Source of the DNA: Octopus vulgaris
Taxonomy: Eukaryota
NCBI GenBank assembly: GCA_951406725.2
Contig: OX597819.1
Span: 32,302,001-32,366,000 of the forward strand
DNA: 64,000 nt
Direction of reading: 5' to 3'
Shown: piece after piece, positions 17,891 to 30,518 of the stretch
Numbering within the stretch: position 1 is the stretch's first letter
Layout of the letters: the number at the start of each line of letters is the position of its first letter
The notes under the pieces: model-generated
The model's database searches: none
The model's input: only the letters and a program-made list of their open reading frames with translations
What the model was told of the DNA's origin: nothing
Position numbers and translations under genes: made by a program

Positions 17891-18314
17891 CACCCCAATG
17901 TGGTTCATTTAAAATTTTGTCACTTGTTTAGAAAATAAAAAAACAACAACCTGCTTCCATGTTATTTTCTTTCAACTAGGTTGAACTGTTTAATAAAATT
18001 CTCTATTTACACTTGAAAACTGTTACATGAATGCTTGTAAAGAGAAATAATACTATCTAGCATATGGGAATGTAACACAAGATTGAAACGATGTGTAAAA
18101 AGTATAGGGAAAGAAAGAGGCGGAGCGCTGTATACGTCAATCGACTGTGTTACTAGGGAACTCGCTGTGCTAAATATGACATGATGATGACGGCAGAGGG
18201 AAGGAAAAAAAAGCGTGACTTCCTTTGTTTCCGTCTCTGAAGGAAAAATAACTGCAAATAAGGCAACAACGTCAAGGAAACCATAAACAAAATTTCGTTT
18301 GTTGCTATAACAAC

Positions 18315-18345
<31 letters not shown>

Positions 18346-18408
18346 TCGCGTATATATATGTATGTGTCGGTCAGTAGTTCATGCATCCGAAAAGAGGCAC
18401 CCTCTAAA

Positions 18409-18770
18409 GTAATGGTTTTGAACGGGAGTCCATATGACCTCTGAGGGTCCATATAAGATTTTTTGAAGTCCAAGGAACCAAAATAGTAAATTGAGGATCT
18501 ACAATAATATTTTAAGGGCTCCTAAAAACATTTTGCTTTAGATCTATATATTGGTAGGTATGGCAGGAAACAGCTATATTTCTTTCCTTAACATTTTACA
18601 GAATTCAACCTACACAAGTTAATGGGTGGAAAACAAAAATAGGAATTTTGAAAGAAGTATATATAAAACTAGTTTTAAACATCTAATGGTAAGTGAGAGT
18701 GGGGTGGGCTCTACAAGAATAAATTAGCAATCAAAGGAGTCCATAGACAGAAAATGGTTGAGAACCTCTA
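18409..18770. mobile_element. Decayed hAT-like MITE
   Basis: Ends TAATGGTTTTGAAC...GGTTGAGAACCTCTA resemble CAGTGGTTCTCAACC-type TIRs; imperfect 8-bp flanks CTCTAAAG/CTCCAAAA. Confidence 0.45.
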
Positions 18771-19819
18771 CTCCAAAACATTAGAGTAGTAATATTTAGA
18801 CAGTTGTTAAATTTGTTTCTATTTGACTCACACTTTCTAAAATTTTTAAATCAAATGAAAATTTTCAAATTTGGTAGATTGATGTAATTTTTCACGCTAA
18901 ATCTGATGTTGTTTATCACCTGTTCCGGAAAAACGTTTTAGAATAAATGTTTGATTATTTTTACCCAATCAGAAAACAGGATTCGGAAAGCTGGCATATT
19001 CTACGTGATAGTTGTCTATGAGAACATGAAAGCATTAGACACAACATTACAACGTCGAGGACAACGAAAATTTTCATTTTTTTAATGAATAAAGTCATGT
19101 AAAATGTTAGAACAGACACACAAACAACAGTGGTAGCGTTTGAGGATTTCAAACAAGATAGAGCATATTTTCAGCCAATGGCAGTTTAGCACAATCATTC
19201 CAGCATGGTGTGTGACGGGGAAGGAGTTAAACTGAGCATGAGGAAGGAGGCCATTGAGTAGAGGAGTAAAGATATCAGTGATTAACTTAGACTGGTTGTA
19301 ATGGTGTCTGCTATAAAAATATTATTGAACTCTTACTGAAAGTGTAACTTCATTCGGAATGAATAAAATATGTTATCACTAGATTCAAATAAAATGAAGT
19401 ATAAAGTATTTAAGATAAATGCAATCAATTAAAATAGAGTAAACAAATAGGTTAAATAAATAATGTAAAATATATAAATTTAATTCAACTAGTGTTTATT
19501 TTAAAAAGGTAATATGTAAACTATAAGGTAGGTGAGGAGTGAAAATATAATAAGTGGTCGCTATAAGAAATAAATATTGTATGATAAGTTAATACAGAAA
19601 ATTAAAATAATATAAGGTAAGTGTACTAATTTGATTAAATATGCTTATGCCATATCTCAACTATGTTTCGGTGAAAGTAATGTGTAAGAGGGTTATAAAG
19701 AGACACTCGTCTTGTATTTGGATTTATGGTAAAATCGAAAGATCTTAAAGAAATAATGAACACGAGGAGATTGCTCCATGTTGCTTGTTTAATAATTGTG
19801 GTGGGTTATGTGACAATAT

Positions 19820-20114
19820 GTGGAGACACATGGCCTAGCGGTTAGAGCAGGGGAATCGCGGTCGAGGGATCGCGGGTTCGATTCTCAGACTGAGCGATGT
19901 GTGTGTTTATGAGCGAAACACCTAAGCTCCACGCGGCTCCGGCAGAAGGTAATGGCGAACTTCTGCTGACCCTTTCGCCAGAACTTTCTCTCACTCTTTC
20001 CTCTTGCAGCTCACCTGCGACGGACCGGCGTCCCGTACAGGTGGGTAACCTATGCGTCAAGGAAACCGCGAAACCGGCCCTTATGAGCCAGGCATGGCTC
20101 GAGAAGGAACAAAC
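19820..20114 (+). mobile_element. tRNA-derived SINE family D with 12-bp TSD
   Basis: TGGCCTAGCGG A box, GTTCGATTC B box; ATGTGACAATAT at 19808-19819 and 20115-20126. Confidence 0.88.
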
Positions 20115-20642
20115 ATGTGACAATATATGTACAGACTCTTCCAAGCATAACCAACACTGTGCATTTTGGCTTTGATATGGAGGACCGAGGCAACAGTGAA
20201 CCAAATTATATCGTGTGGTATATTTTTCTCCTAAATTAGTGCATGTGACCTGCCAGAGAAAAAGATTTACTGAGCTTTTCATATGTAAGTCATCTCAAAT
20301 GTACTGAGTATCGATTCTTAAAATTGACAGTTGCTCTACTGTAAATTTTGGTAGAGTTTTTGTTGTCTATCTAGGATCGAGAACTTATTTGGCCTGTGAT
20401 GGGCAATTATCCCATACTTTGAGGTTACAACTGGAGTTATTTAGTTCAAAGTTCTTTCTATTAAGTGTATTTTTATTGTTGTAACTAAATCGCATATGAT
20501 AGATTAAGGTTCGTCTAATTCGTTCCTCTCGTACATGTTATATTCTTTCTTATCCGTTCCATTATTATAAAGATTGCCTGTATTAGATTCATGGGCTTTG
20601 ACAGTTGGTTAAACCAGCGCTTTTGCCGTGGTTGTTGGTGTA

Positions 20643-20751
<109 letters not shown>

Positions 20752-21154
20752 TCATCACCGCCACTGCCACCGCCACCACTGATGATGATGATGGTTGATA
20801 GCGCTTGATTGTAATATGTGGCATGGTTATTAAAGATGTCTTCAGTTGCAGACAGATCAGACATTCTAATTGAGATACCGACAATGACACAATTTAACAG
20901 TCCTATGCTGATTAGAATGTATATTAATGTACTTAAGACACTACAGTATATTAATATACTTCTATGTATGTATGTACGTATGTATGTATGTATGTATGTA
21001 TGTATGTATGTATGTATGCATGCATGCATGCATGCATGTATGCATGTATGCATGTATGCATGCATTTATTCATGTATGTATGTATGTATGTATGCATACA
21101 TGCATGTATGTATGTATGTATGTATGTATGCATGCATGTATGTAAGTATGTAAA

Positions 21155-21345
21155 CCGATGAGTTTGTAGAATCGTTAGCATGTTAAGCCAAATGTTTTGC
21201 GACGTTTCTTACGGTTATATGCTCCGAGTTCAAATTCCACCGAAGGCGTCTTTGCTTTCCATCCATTCGGGATCGATGAAATATGTACCAGTCGAATAAT
21301 GCGGTCGATGTAATCGACTAATTTTAGGCCTCATGCCTATAGTAA
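21155..21345 (+). mobile_element. Diverged family A SINE
   Basis: AGAATCGTTAGCA...GAGTTCAAATTCC...TTCCATCCATTCGGGATCGAT. Confidence 0.65.
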
Positions 21346-22024
21346 AAATTGTACATACATAATACATATTATGGCCGTGTACAACTTATATTTTGTTATA
21401 TAATGTACGCAGGATTACAATATCCAATGTATTCTTATTTAAGATAGCAATGGGCTCTTAGAGATATGTGGCAGTTGTTTCCAGTTGGTCGGATGACCAC
21501 GTGCAAGATCCTCGACCTCATATTTACTGTAATGTAAGTAATGTAAGATGGAGTAGTAATCCAAGTGGACTGGAATGGAGAAAATGGCGGAAGAAACATT
21601 TCGCGCCTGTTACCAAGAACAGCGTTTCAAATTATAGAGTGTCACAAACAATCAGATGTATAAAATTGGTTTCTACCAATAAAATAAGCATCAAAGAAAA
21701 TCACGATTATCTATTGTCATCGTGATGCTGATTTCTTCGCATGACTTGAAGTGGACCAAATATTCTCACGTAGAAGACATTTTTTATTTCTATTCATTCT
21801 GATTCTTGACAACGGGGGAGTCAAACGCTATTACATCAGCGAAAGTTTCAGCAACGTAGGTCTGAGTCAATTTGTTAATGAGTAATTTGATACATACATA
21901 CATACATACATACATACATACATAAATACATACATACAAACATACATACATATATACATACATATATATATGTATGTATACCTATATACATACATAACTT
22001 ACACAATATATACAATATTTACAT

Positions 22025-22362
22025 AGGCGAAGGAGTGGTTGTGTGGTAAGTAGCTTGCTTACTAAAACCTTGTGAGTGGATTTGGTTGAAGGAAATTGAA
22101 AGAAGCCCGTCGTATATATATATATATATATATCTGTGTGTGTGTGTGTGTGCATGTTTGTGTGTCTGTGTTTGTTCCCCAACATCGCTTGACAACCGAT
22201 GCAGGTGTGTTTACGGCCTCGTAACTTAGCGGTTCGGCAAAAGACACCGATAGAGTAAGTACTAGGCTTACAAAGAATAAGTCCTGGGGTCGATTTACCC
22301 GACTAAAGGTGGTGCTCCAGTATGGCCGCAGTCAAATAACTGAAATATGTAAAAGAACAAAA
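22025..22362 (+). mobile_element. SINE family B with internal deletion
   Basis: Family B head, body and tail. Confidence 0.8.
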
Positions 22363-22405
<43 letters not shown>

Positions 22406-22409
<4 letters not shown>

Positions 22410-22704
22410 CATAAATTATTAGAGAGTTAACCACTATGTGGATAACTCTAGTGCTAAAAATAGCCCCGATAGTATAGCCACAGAAAAAGATGTTTCCAAC
22501 TAGAAGTAACATACATTTAACGGAAGGAAAGTGAAATATAACGAATAAATAGATTGACTCTTTATTCGTTATATTTCACTTTCCTTCCGTTAAATGTATG
22601 TTACTTCTAGTTGGAAACATCTTTTTCTGTGGCTATACTATCGGGGCTATTTTTAGCACTAGAGTTATCCACATAGTGGTTAACTCTCTAATAATTTATG
22701 TATA
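22406..22704. repeat. Perfect 144-bp inverted repeat with 11-nt spacer, in a (TA)n-flanked cassette
   Basis: 22406-22549 is the reverse complement of 22561-22704. Confidence 0.92.
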
Positions 22705-22794
22705 AATTTGTATTTTCTCCGTAGTTTTTTGTGATAAGCCACTCGGTGTTAAATTAATGGTATTATTAAATTAATATCAATTTTCACCCTCATT

Positions 22795-22852
<58 letters not shown>

Positions 22853-23221
22853 ACATGTATACTATACCATACCTTGATACTGTGTGGACTAAGATCACTG
22901 TTGACAGGCCGCTGGTATTTATAGAGTATTAAACACTTTCGGTATGCAAATTAGGGACTCCTTCATAGAGTAACTGCTGCATTTGTTCAGTATATAAATA
23001 GTTTGGCTGCTCGTTTCTTTGGTGACTGTCAGAATAATGCGAACACTTCTGATGAGAACCCATTAACGTTCTTCATCACTTTTTTCAGTCTGTGGTGAAA
23101 TGGCTAAAATTTGCCCTGTTTATAATTATACCATATGTTATACACACATATATATGTATATGTAGCCACACGGGTGGTTTTCTTGGACATTTTTCTTTCT
23201 CTCTGAACTTTCTCCTCGCTC

Positions 23222-23256
23222 CTCTTTCTGACGAAGAGCCATGCTCGAAACGTTAT
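23222..23256 (+). ncRNA. Minimal hammerhead-like motif, helix I not supported
   Basis: CTGACGA-A-GAGC-CAT-GCTC-GAAAC-GTTA. Confidence 0.5.
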
Positions 23257-23358
23257 ACACCCTCTCTTTTTCCCATGTTATACTGAGCATCAACCTATCG
23301 TATTCCATGTGTATGTCCTTTTGACTTTTGTCATTTTTTAATTTTGACTTGCCTAAGT

Positions 23359-24500
23359 ATATCAGGCTGAGTAAAAAGTAAGCAACGTTTTGAAACATGA
23401 AATTCATCACAATATATTTCAACATTGCAGATATTTTATTCACCAAACTAAGTACCATTACAATCAACACATTTTTGCCAACGAGTTACAAGTTTGTTTA
23501 TTCTGGTAACATAAAAATCTGGAGTTCTGGAGCTGATGAACTCTTTGAATGCACTTTCAGCATCGGTTTTATTTTTTAACTCCTTCTCTCACAGGAAACC
23601 ATCAAGGTGCTTGAAAAAGTGGTAGTAGGTAGAAGAAAGGTTTGGGGAATAAGCTGGGTGGGGAAGAACTTCGTAGCCAATTTTCCTCAACCTCTGGAGT
23701 GTCATTAGTGAAACGTGTGGTCGAGCATTGTCATGAAGAATAACTGGCCATTTTCTGTTGACCAGTCTGGAAAGAAGGAATAGCAGTATTTTTTGTTCAT
23801 TTTGGCAATTTCACGGCAATATATTCCTGTAGTAATAGTTTTTCCGGGTTTTAAAGAAGTTATAGTGGATGAGTTCAGCAGCACACCACCAAACAATCAC
23901 CATAACCTGCTCGGGTTTAGGGAAGGCTCTTGGTGCTTCATTTTGGTCCAACCACTGCGAAGAACAATTTTGTTATTATTGTACAGAATCCACTTTTCAT
24001 CGCCAGTTACAATGCGGTCGAGAAATAGATCGGTCTGGTTACGGAGAAGAAGCGACGAGCAAATTTCATATCTGTCATTTTCTGATTTTCATTCAAATCG
24101 TGTGGTACTCATTTGTCGAGCATTTTTGATTTTCCGATTGCATGCAAATGGTTGCAGGCAGTTTTCTGGCTAACTTGAGGTTCTTTTGCCTATTCTCGAG
24201 TGGTTTTGCATGGATCTTTTTCAATGACTGTCTTTAATTGACTGTCATCGATGACTGATGGGCGTCCACTACGCTCACGATCTTCAAGGCTCAGGTCTCC
24301 TTTGCGAAATCGTTTAAACCATTTTCAAGCTGACCACTCACTGGTCATTTCTTCACCAAACTTTTCGCTGATATCGCGAGTAGTTTCAGCTACTTTACGC
24401 CTTTTTTTTTGTTTTGAAGTTGAATAGCAAAATTGCTCGAATATCGCGCTTTGACAGATCCAACTCAGATAATTATAACGTGCTTCATGAAACACGTGTT
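23359..24500 (-). pseudogene. Decayed mariner (Tc1/mariner) transposon
   Basis: Minus-strand LKPGKTIT, ILHDNARPHVS, LPHPAYSPNL, YHFFKHL, LVTRWQKCVDCNG with stops and frameshifts. Confidence 0.85.
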
Positions 24501-24652
24501 GTCTTATAAACGGAAAATGCAGGATTCAGAATAGATATAGTTAGTGTAAGATTTAATTTTTAACATTTTATGGAGTGGTCGGGTATAAAACCTTTCTGTG
24601 TTGATTGAGTTGAAGGTAGTTCTGTCTCTAAAAGTACTTATATATGTATATG

Positions 24653-24726
<74 letters not shown>

Positions 24727-24733
<7 letters not shown>

Positions 24734-25603
24734 ATCAAAATAAAAACATGATGCCAAGGATTCATATGTTTCGGGCCTTTATTAGACAGATTTATAACAA
24801 TGCATAATGTATGTCTGTGGCCTTCTTCAGCCGCGCACAACAGCTTCCACAAGGACATGTGTTACATCAAAAATTCTTAATTAATAAATTAATAAATAAA
24901 TACATATATAGACGTGAAGGAACCTGGTAATAAGAGTAAATAGGGGTAAAGATGGAGGGGCGAAAATTCAGGACGAAGGATAAAAAATATATAAAAAGTG
25001 TAAGTATAGAAAAATATAAAAATGTAGAGTATAAAGATATAAAGAGATATAAGGAGATATAAAGGGGATATAAAGAATATAAAAAAATATAAATGAATAT
25101 AAAGGCATAAAAGTAAAAATAGGAATAAAGATGATAAAAATGTAAAAAAATGTAAAAAAATATATAAAGATAAGGGATGTATAGAGGTTACGGACCAAAC
25201 ATGGTGGTCAGGAAATTGACAAAGTTTAGTTGTAGAAGCTTTGGGTGTCAATAAATCAACAGGGTCGTCCTGGGACCTAGTGTATTGTAAATCAGAGCTG
25301 TTGAGCGGTTAATCTAGTTCTTTGAATTAGGTGGTCATCTTGTACATACATACCAGCATGGGGATTTGCATCCCCAACCAAGAATTTTTGATGTAACACA
25401 TGTCCTTGTGGAAGCTGTTGTGCGCGGCTGAAGAAGGCCACAGACATACATTATGCATTGTTATAAATCTGTCTAATAAAGGCCCGAAACATATGTATCG
25501 CTGAATCCTTGGCATCATGTTTTTATTTTGATCATTTTACTCCACCACCTACACCACCAAACGGTATACACAGGTGCTTATAATTATCAAGTACTCACCC
25601 CGA

Positions 25604-25607
<4 letters not shown>
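24727..25607. mobile_element. (TA)n-flanked Penelope-like pLTR cassette with inverted arms 24727-24878 and 25380-25539
   Basis: Arms are reverse complements apart from an 8-nt gap and carry a hammerhead core. Confidence 0.65.
25424..25501 (+). ncRNA. Type-I hammerhead ribozyme candidate
   Basis: Helix I GCGG/TCGC; CTGAAGA 25428-25434; helix II GGCC/GGCC extended by ACAGA/TCTGT; GAAAC 25486-25490; palindromic ACATATGT; GUA triplet 25495-25497. Confidence 0.65.
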
Positions 25608-25643
<36 letters not shown>

Positions 25644-25805
25644 TATATCGTTAGGAAATCAATATCAGAAAATTTTTCAGAATTCTACGTATGTAGAATA
25701 ATTTTTGTATTAAAAATATAAATACATATATATGTAAATATGTATAAATATAAATATATAATAATAAATATATCAGTTTAAAAGTTTCGATTTAAGTTTT
25801 TCAAT

Positions 25806-25898
25806 CATCATACGATCGTTTCGTAAAAGTGTTGTCCCTATAATGGAATGCTATATTGATAAGCATGTATAGACAACACTTCTGCTCCTCAGAGATAT
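25806..25898 (-). ncRNA. Type-I hammerhead ribozyme candidate
   Basis: Minus strand: CTGAGGA, helix II AAGTGTTGTC/GACAACACTT, GAAAC, palindromic ACGATCGT, GUA; helix I imperfect (first pair U-U). Confidence 0.6.
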
Positions 25899-25939
25899 AA
25901 AATGTGAAATTTGTATAATTTTTCGAATGATATATAATT

Positions 25940-26051
<112 letters not shown>

Positions 26052-26439
26052 TAAGTATAATATATATAATATGTGTGTGTGTGTTCCTGGTTGTAGTAGT
26101 TGAAAATTTAATAAAATGTAACTATGTGCCTAAGAAGAAACTCATTTCCATAACCAACTAGACACTGTTAATTACATTTCGGTCATCAAACTTTTACCAT
26201 TATGCAAATGATATATGCGGCTAGGCACGATTTTGCTTAAATTTTAATGACTACAAAATATCGCCTTTAATGTCATTATTTTAAATAATTAAATTAGGGA
26301 ATTATTTTCACACAAAAAGCAATGTCTATTAGTCATTCTAAGACTTCACAGCTATGCGTAGACTATGGTCCGTTTAGAGATGTAATGTGACAAAAAAAAT
26401 ATGTCCGGAGATTTCATCAATTACTTATGTATCTTGTAT

Positions 26440-26935
26440 CGTTTATCGTTTACTTGTTTCACTCATTTGACCAAGGTCATGCTGGGTCACCGCTTTGAAG
26501 GGTTTTAGTCGAACAAATCGACTTCAGGGCTAAATGTTTTGTTTTAAGTCTGCCCCTTATTCCATCTGTTTTTTTTTTTTTTTGCTGAACCTCTCATTTG
26601 CGAGAACGTAAACACAGCAACACCGGTTGTCAAGCGGTGGTGGTGAGGGGACAAGCACAGCCACAGACACACACACACACATATATATATAAATATAAAT
26701 CTATAAATATATATATATATATATTCATATATCAAATTAATAATAGTATACATATAATATATATATATATACGATGGGCTTCTTTTCAGTTTTCGTCTAC
26801 TAAAACCACTCACAAGGCTATGGGCAACGAGAGGCTACAGTAGAAGACACATGCCAAAGGTGCCACGCACTAGGATTGAAATTGGAACCATGTGGTTGGG
26901 AAGCAAGGTTCTTACCACACATCCAAGCCTGCGCC
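26440..26935 (-). mobile_element. SINE family B
   Basis: Reverse complement of family B with internal microsatellite. Confidence 0.75.
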
Positions 26936-27443
26936 TATTAATCAAGATTTGATCAAAACTGCCATCTATATAAGATAGCGTACATATACTGTTAGGACGC
27001 AAAATACTGCGGTTTTCGTCCGAGATGAAATCATTTATAGGCATGCTGTGTTATAAAAATCCTCCCGGCAGCGGTTAGCTACAGAGCGTTTTTGCCTTCA
27101 GGGGACCTTGTAAATAACATGTGCACGCAGCTATATGCCTAAAGGAAATATATAGAATATATACAGGAAACAGTTAATAGTACTTACACCAATATGTCAA
27201 ATAACCGTCAGAATAAATTAAAATCCGTTGCATGTAACTGAAGCAGCAATGGTGTATATCTATTAAATATGATATACAGACACCGAGAGGCGTAGGGATG
27301 ACTATGTGGTGAGACGTTTACTTCCCAATCACGTGGCTCCGGGTTCAGCGCCACTGCGTGTCACCTTGATCGAATTTCTTCTTATATAACTTCGAGCCGA
27401 CCAAAGCTTTGTGAGTGGATCTGGTTGCCGGAACAGAAGCTCG

Positions 27444-27476
<33 letters not shown>

Positions 27477-27853
27477 GCTTGAAAGAAGAGTTAATACCCT
27501 CCAAAAGCACGCATCTCTCACTCTAAACACGCTCGGAGAATATTTCTCCGAAACAGTCCTCCCATTTGTAAAATACAACTAAGATCAAAGGCAACCTAGT
27601 ATCAATTTATTTCGCTTTCTGTGTCGAACCAACACTTAAAGCTCGTCAGCTAGGCTTACAATATAAACTATTTCAAAAAACATATTTACCTCACCGTGTG
27701 ATATGTTCACTGAAGGCCCCGCGATTTCCAAACGAACGTTAGTGAACGTATATAAATTTAATATTCAAATAAGTTATCATTACCTATAAAAATAATGATA
27801 AAGTGGCCAACAAACATAATTCAAATACAGAAAATATATAATAAAAGTTAGGG

Positions 27854-28353
27854 TACAATGTGTATCCATTTGCTTGAAAGAAGAGTTAAAACCCTCCAAA
27901 TGTACGCATCTGTGTGGAGGCATATGGCCTAGTGGTTAGAGCAGCGGACTCGCGGTCGAGGAATTGCGGGTTCGAATCTCAGACAGGGCGATGTGTGTGT
28001 TTATGAGTGAAACACCTAAGCTCCACGCGGTTCCAACAGAAGGTAATGGCGAACTTCTGCTGACTCTTTTGCCACTACTTTCTCTCTTTCCTCCTGCATC
28101 TTGCAGCTTACCTGCGACGGACCAGTCTCCCGTCCTGGTGGGGAACCTATACGCTAAGAAACCGGGAAACCGGCCCTTATGAGCCAGGCATGGCTCGAGA
28201 AGGAATAAACAAAATGTACGCATCTCTCACTATATGTAAACACGCACGGAGAATATAGCAAATATGTTTCTCCGAAATATATTTGCTATATTAAATGATA
28301 CGTGGTTTTGGAGGGTTTTAATTTCTCTTTCAAGCAAACAAGTACATATTGTG
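27854..28353. mobile_element. Small TIR element (CAC...GTG type end), interrupted by a SINE
   Basis: TTTGCTTGAAAGAAGAGTTAAAACCCTCCAAA at left is inverted at right, ending CATATTGTG; a third copy of this end lies at about 27475-27560. Confidence 0.55.
27912..28211 (+). mobile_element. SINE family D with 14-bp TSD
   Basis: AAATGTACGCATCT at 27898-27911 and 28212-28225; homologous to 19820-20114. Confidence 0.88.
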
Positions 28354-28479
28354 GTGAATTCAATTTTCTGGACAGTTTTGCTCTATCACCTCCAGTGTTT
28401 TGCTTTCACATATCCCATTTCAATTATACTGCATATAAATTCAAAATGTGACGTGTTTATTTCACCTGTTACAAAGGCA

Positions 28480-29297
28480 TATTACAGAAAAAAAGCAGCA
28501 TAGTTACAGAACATTGATGGAACTAAATTACTTCGATATTTCAATACACACAAATCATAGTACAGCAGATAGTCAGAAGTGAGTGTCTTAGGACGATATT
28601 CTGTACTTTGCCTCCGGGATGTCACACCTTGGTAGTTACTCTCCATCTTAGTAATATCTTGGTGGAATATTTCTCCGTGCTCACCACTCACTGCTCCGAG
28701 CTTCGGAGTTGAGAAGTTGAGGTGGGAGTGGAGAAAGTGAATTTTGAGTGACATACGACATCCCATATCCTCATAAGACTGTAACAACTTCTCGATACAC
28801 TCTTTGTAATCTAGTACCCGTGTGTTACCAAGAAAGTCATGGCAGACTGATTTAAATGCTTCCCATGATCTCAGTTCCTTTAAGGTAAGAAGCTCCTTCA
28901 AAGTCCTTATCCGTCAGCAGCTCTCGGATCTAAGGTCCGACGAAGATGCCCTCCTCGAACTTAGCAGAACTCCAGCGCTGGGAACAGAGTGTCCAAATGT
29001 TGGAAGGCAGCACCATTTTGGTCCATGGCCTTCACGAAATTCTTCCTAAAAACCAAGCTTGATATGAAGAGGAGGAAGAAGCACTTTGTTCATGTCGACC
29101 AGAAGATTTTCTTGGACACTGTGTTCACCAGGCACAAAAGTGCTCCTAGATCTCCACGCCTTCTGCTTGTAGTGCTTGGACTCAGCCCGACTGGCCCAGA
29201 GACAGAGAAAGCAACACTACTGTGTGAAGCCCGCTTGCATACCCATAAGGAGCCCAATGACCATGAGGTCCCCGCAGAAACTCCAATGGTACGGCCT
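28480..29297 (-). pseudogene. Decayed DNA transposase, probably CMC/Chapaev3-like
   Basis: GMQAGFT..CCFLCLW.SRA, LLPPLHIKLG, NFVKAMD, MSLKIHFLHSHL, LGAVSGEHGE.FHQDI across frameshifts; superfamily from recall. Confidence 0.7.
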
Positions 29298-29949
29298 AGT
29301 GTTTTTTATTTTATTTTGATAAGCCTGGTACTTATTCTATCAGTTTCTTCTTGTGAAACCTGTAAATTATGGGGATGTAAATAAACGAGAACACCAGTTG
29401 TGAGGCAGTGATGAGGGAGAAACACAAAGACACACACACTGACTTACATATATACGTACATATGTATACAATTGATTTATTTCAGTTTCTGTCTACAAAA
29501 TCCTCTGACAAGGCTTTGGTTGGTCTGAGATTATAGCAGAAGACACATGCCAAGTCACCACACAGTGAGACTGAACCCAGGACCATGTGTTTTGGAACGA
29601 AGTTTGTTACCACACAGCCACACTTGCACCTGTGTGTGTGTGTGTGTGTATGGGTGTATATATATGAATATATATGTGTACATATAACATGTACATCTAT
29701 ATATATATATACATCTACACATATACATATATACGTATACATCTATATGTATAGAAATATATGTATACATGTACAGCTATACACACATACACACACACAC
29801 ATACATCGGTGCAGGTGTGGCTATGTGGTAACATACTTCGTTTCAAAACACATGGTCCTGGGTTTAAATTTAAATTTAAAATAATAAGGGTGAGAAATTG
29901 AATATTAAGTTGATTAATATGAATTGAAAACCAGTGGTGTAGCATTTAA

Positions 29950-30518
29950 GACCATAGCGGATCTTCTTCTAGCAAAATGGATGTCCACTATTAATGGTTC
30001 ATCCCTCTTATATAATACTTTGACTTTAATAGTTTCAGTATTAAAGTGAAAGCATCTGACATTACAATATAGAGATGTTTTTGTTTCACTTTTAACACGT
30101 AAGACTGAAATAGTGGAGAAGATATGATATTGCTGTGGGCTCGCCGTAGGCAAGATGTTTTAAATTGTTTTGCCCATGACACTACATGGACCCTAAGTAA
30201 GGCATGTGTAAAATTTGAATGAAATTGGTTGTGTAGTTCTCAAGTTTTAGAGATTCATAGTGGAGAAGATATGATATGGGAGATGTTTTTGTTTCCCTTT
30301 TAACACGTAATACTAAAATAGTGGAGAAGATATGATATTGCTGTTGGCTCGACCTAGGCAAAAAGTTAAAAATTATTTTTGCCCATGACACCTAAGTAAG
30401 GCATGTGGACCCTAAGTAAGGCATGTGTAAAATTTGAATGAAATTGGTTGTGTAGTTCTCAAGCTTTAGGGATTCACACAGACAGACAGACACACATTCT
30501 CAGTTCTATATATATAGA
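29950..30518 (-). mobile_element. Non-autonomous Helitron-like element with ~209-bp internal tandem duplication
   Basis: Minus-strand start A|TCTATATATATAG next to (CTGT)n; about 30071-30279 is repeated at about 30280-30480. Confidence 0.55.

Noticed and set aside
27912-27990. tRNA gene (Arg-like), also at 2314, 19820 and 33675
   Set aside because: These are SINE heads continuing into repeat bodies, several with TSDs; no closed acceptor stem.
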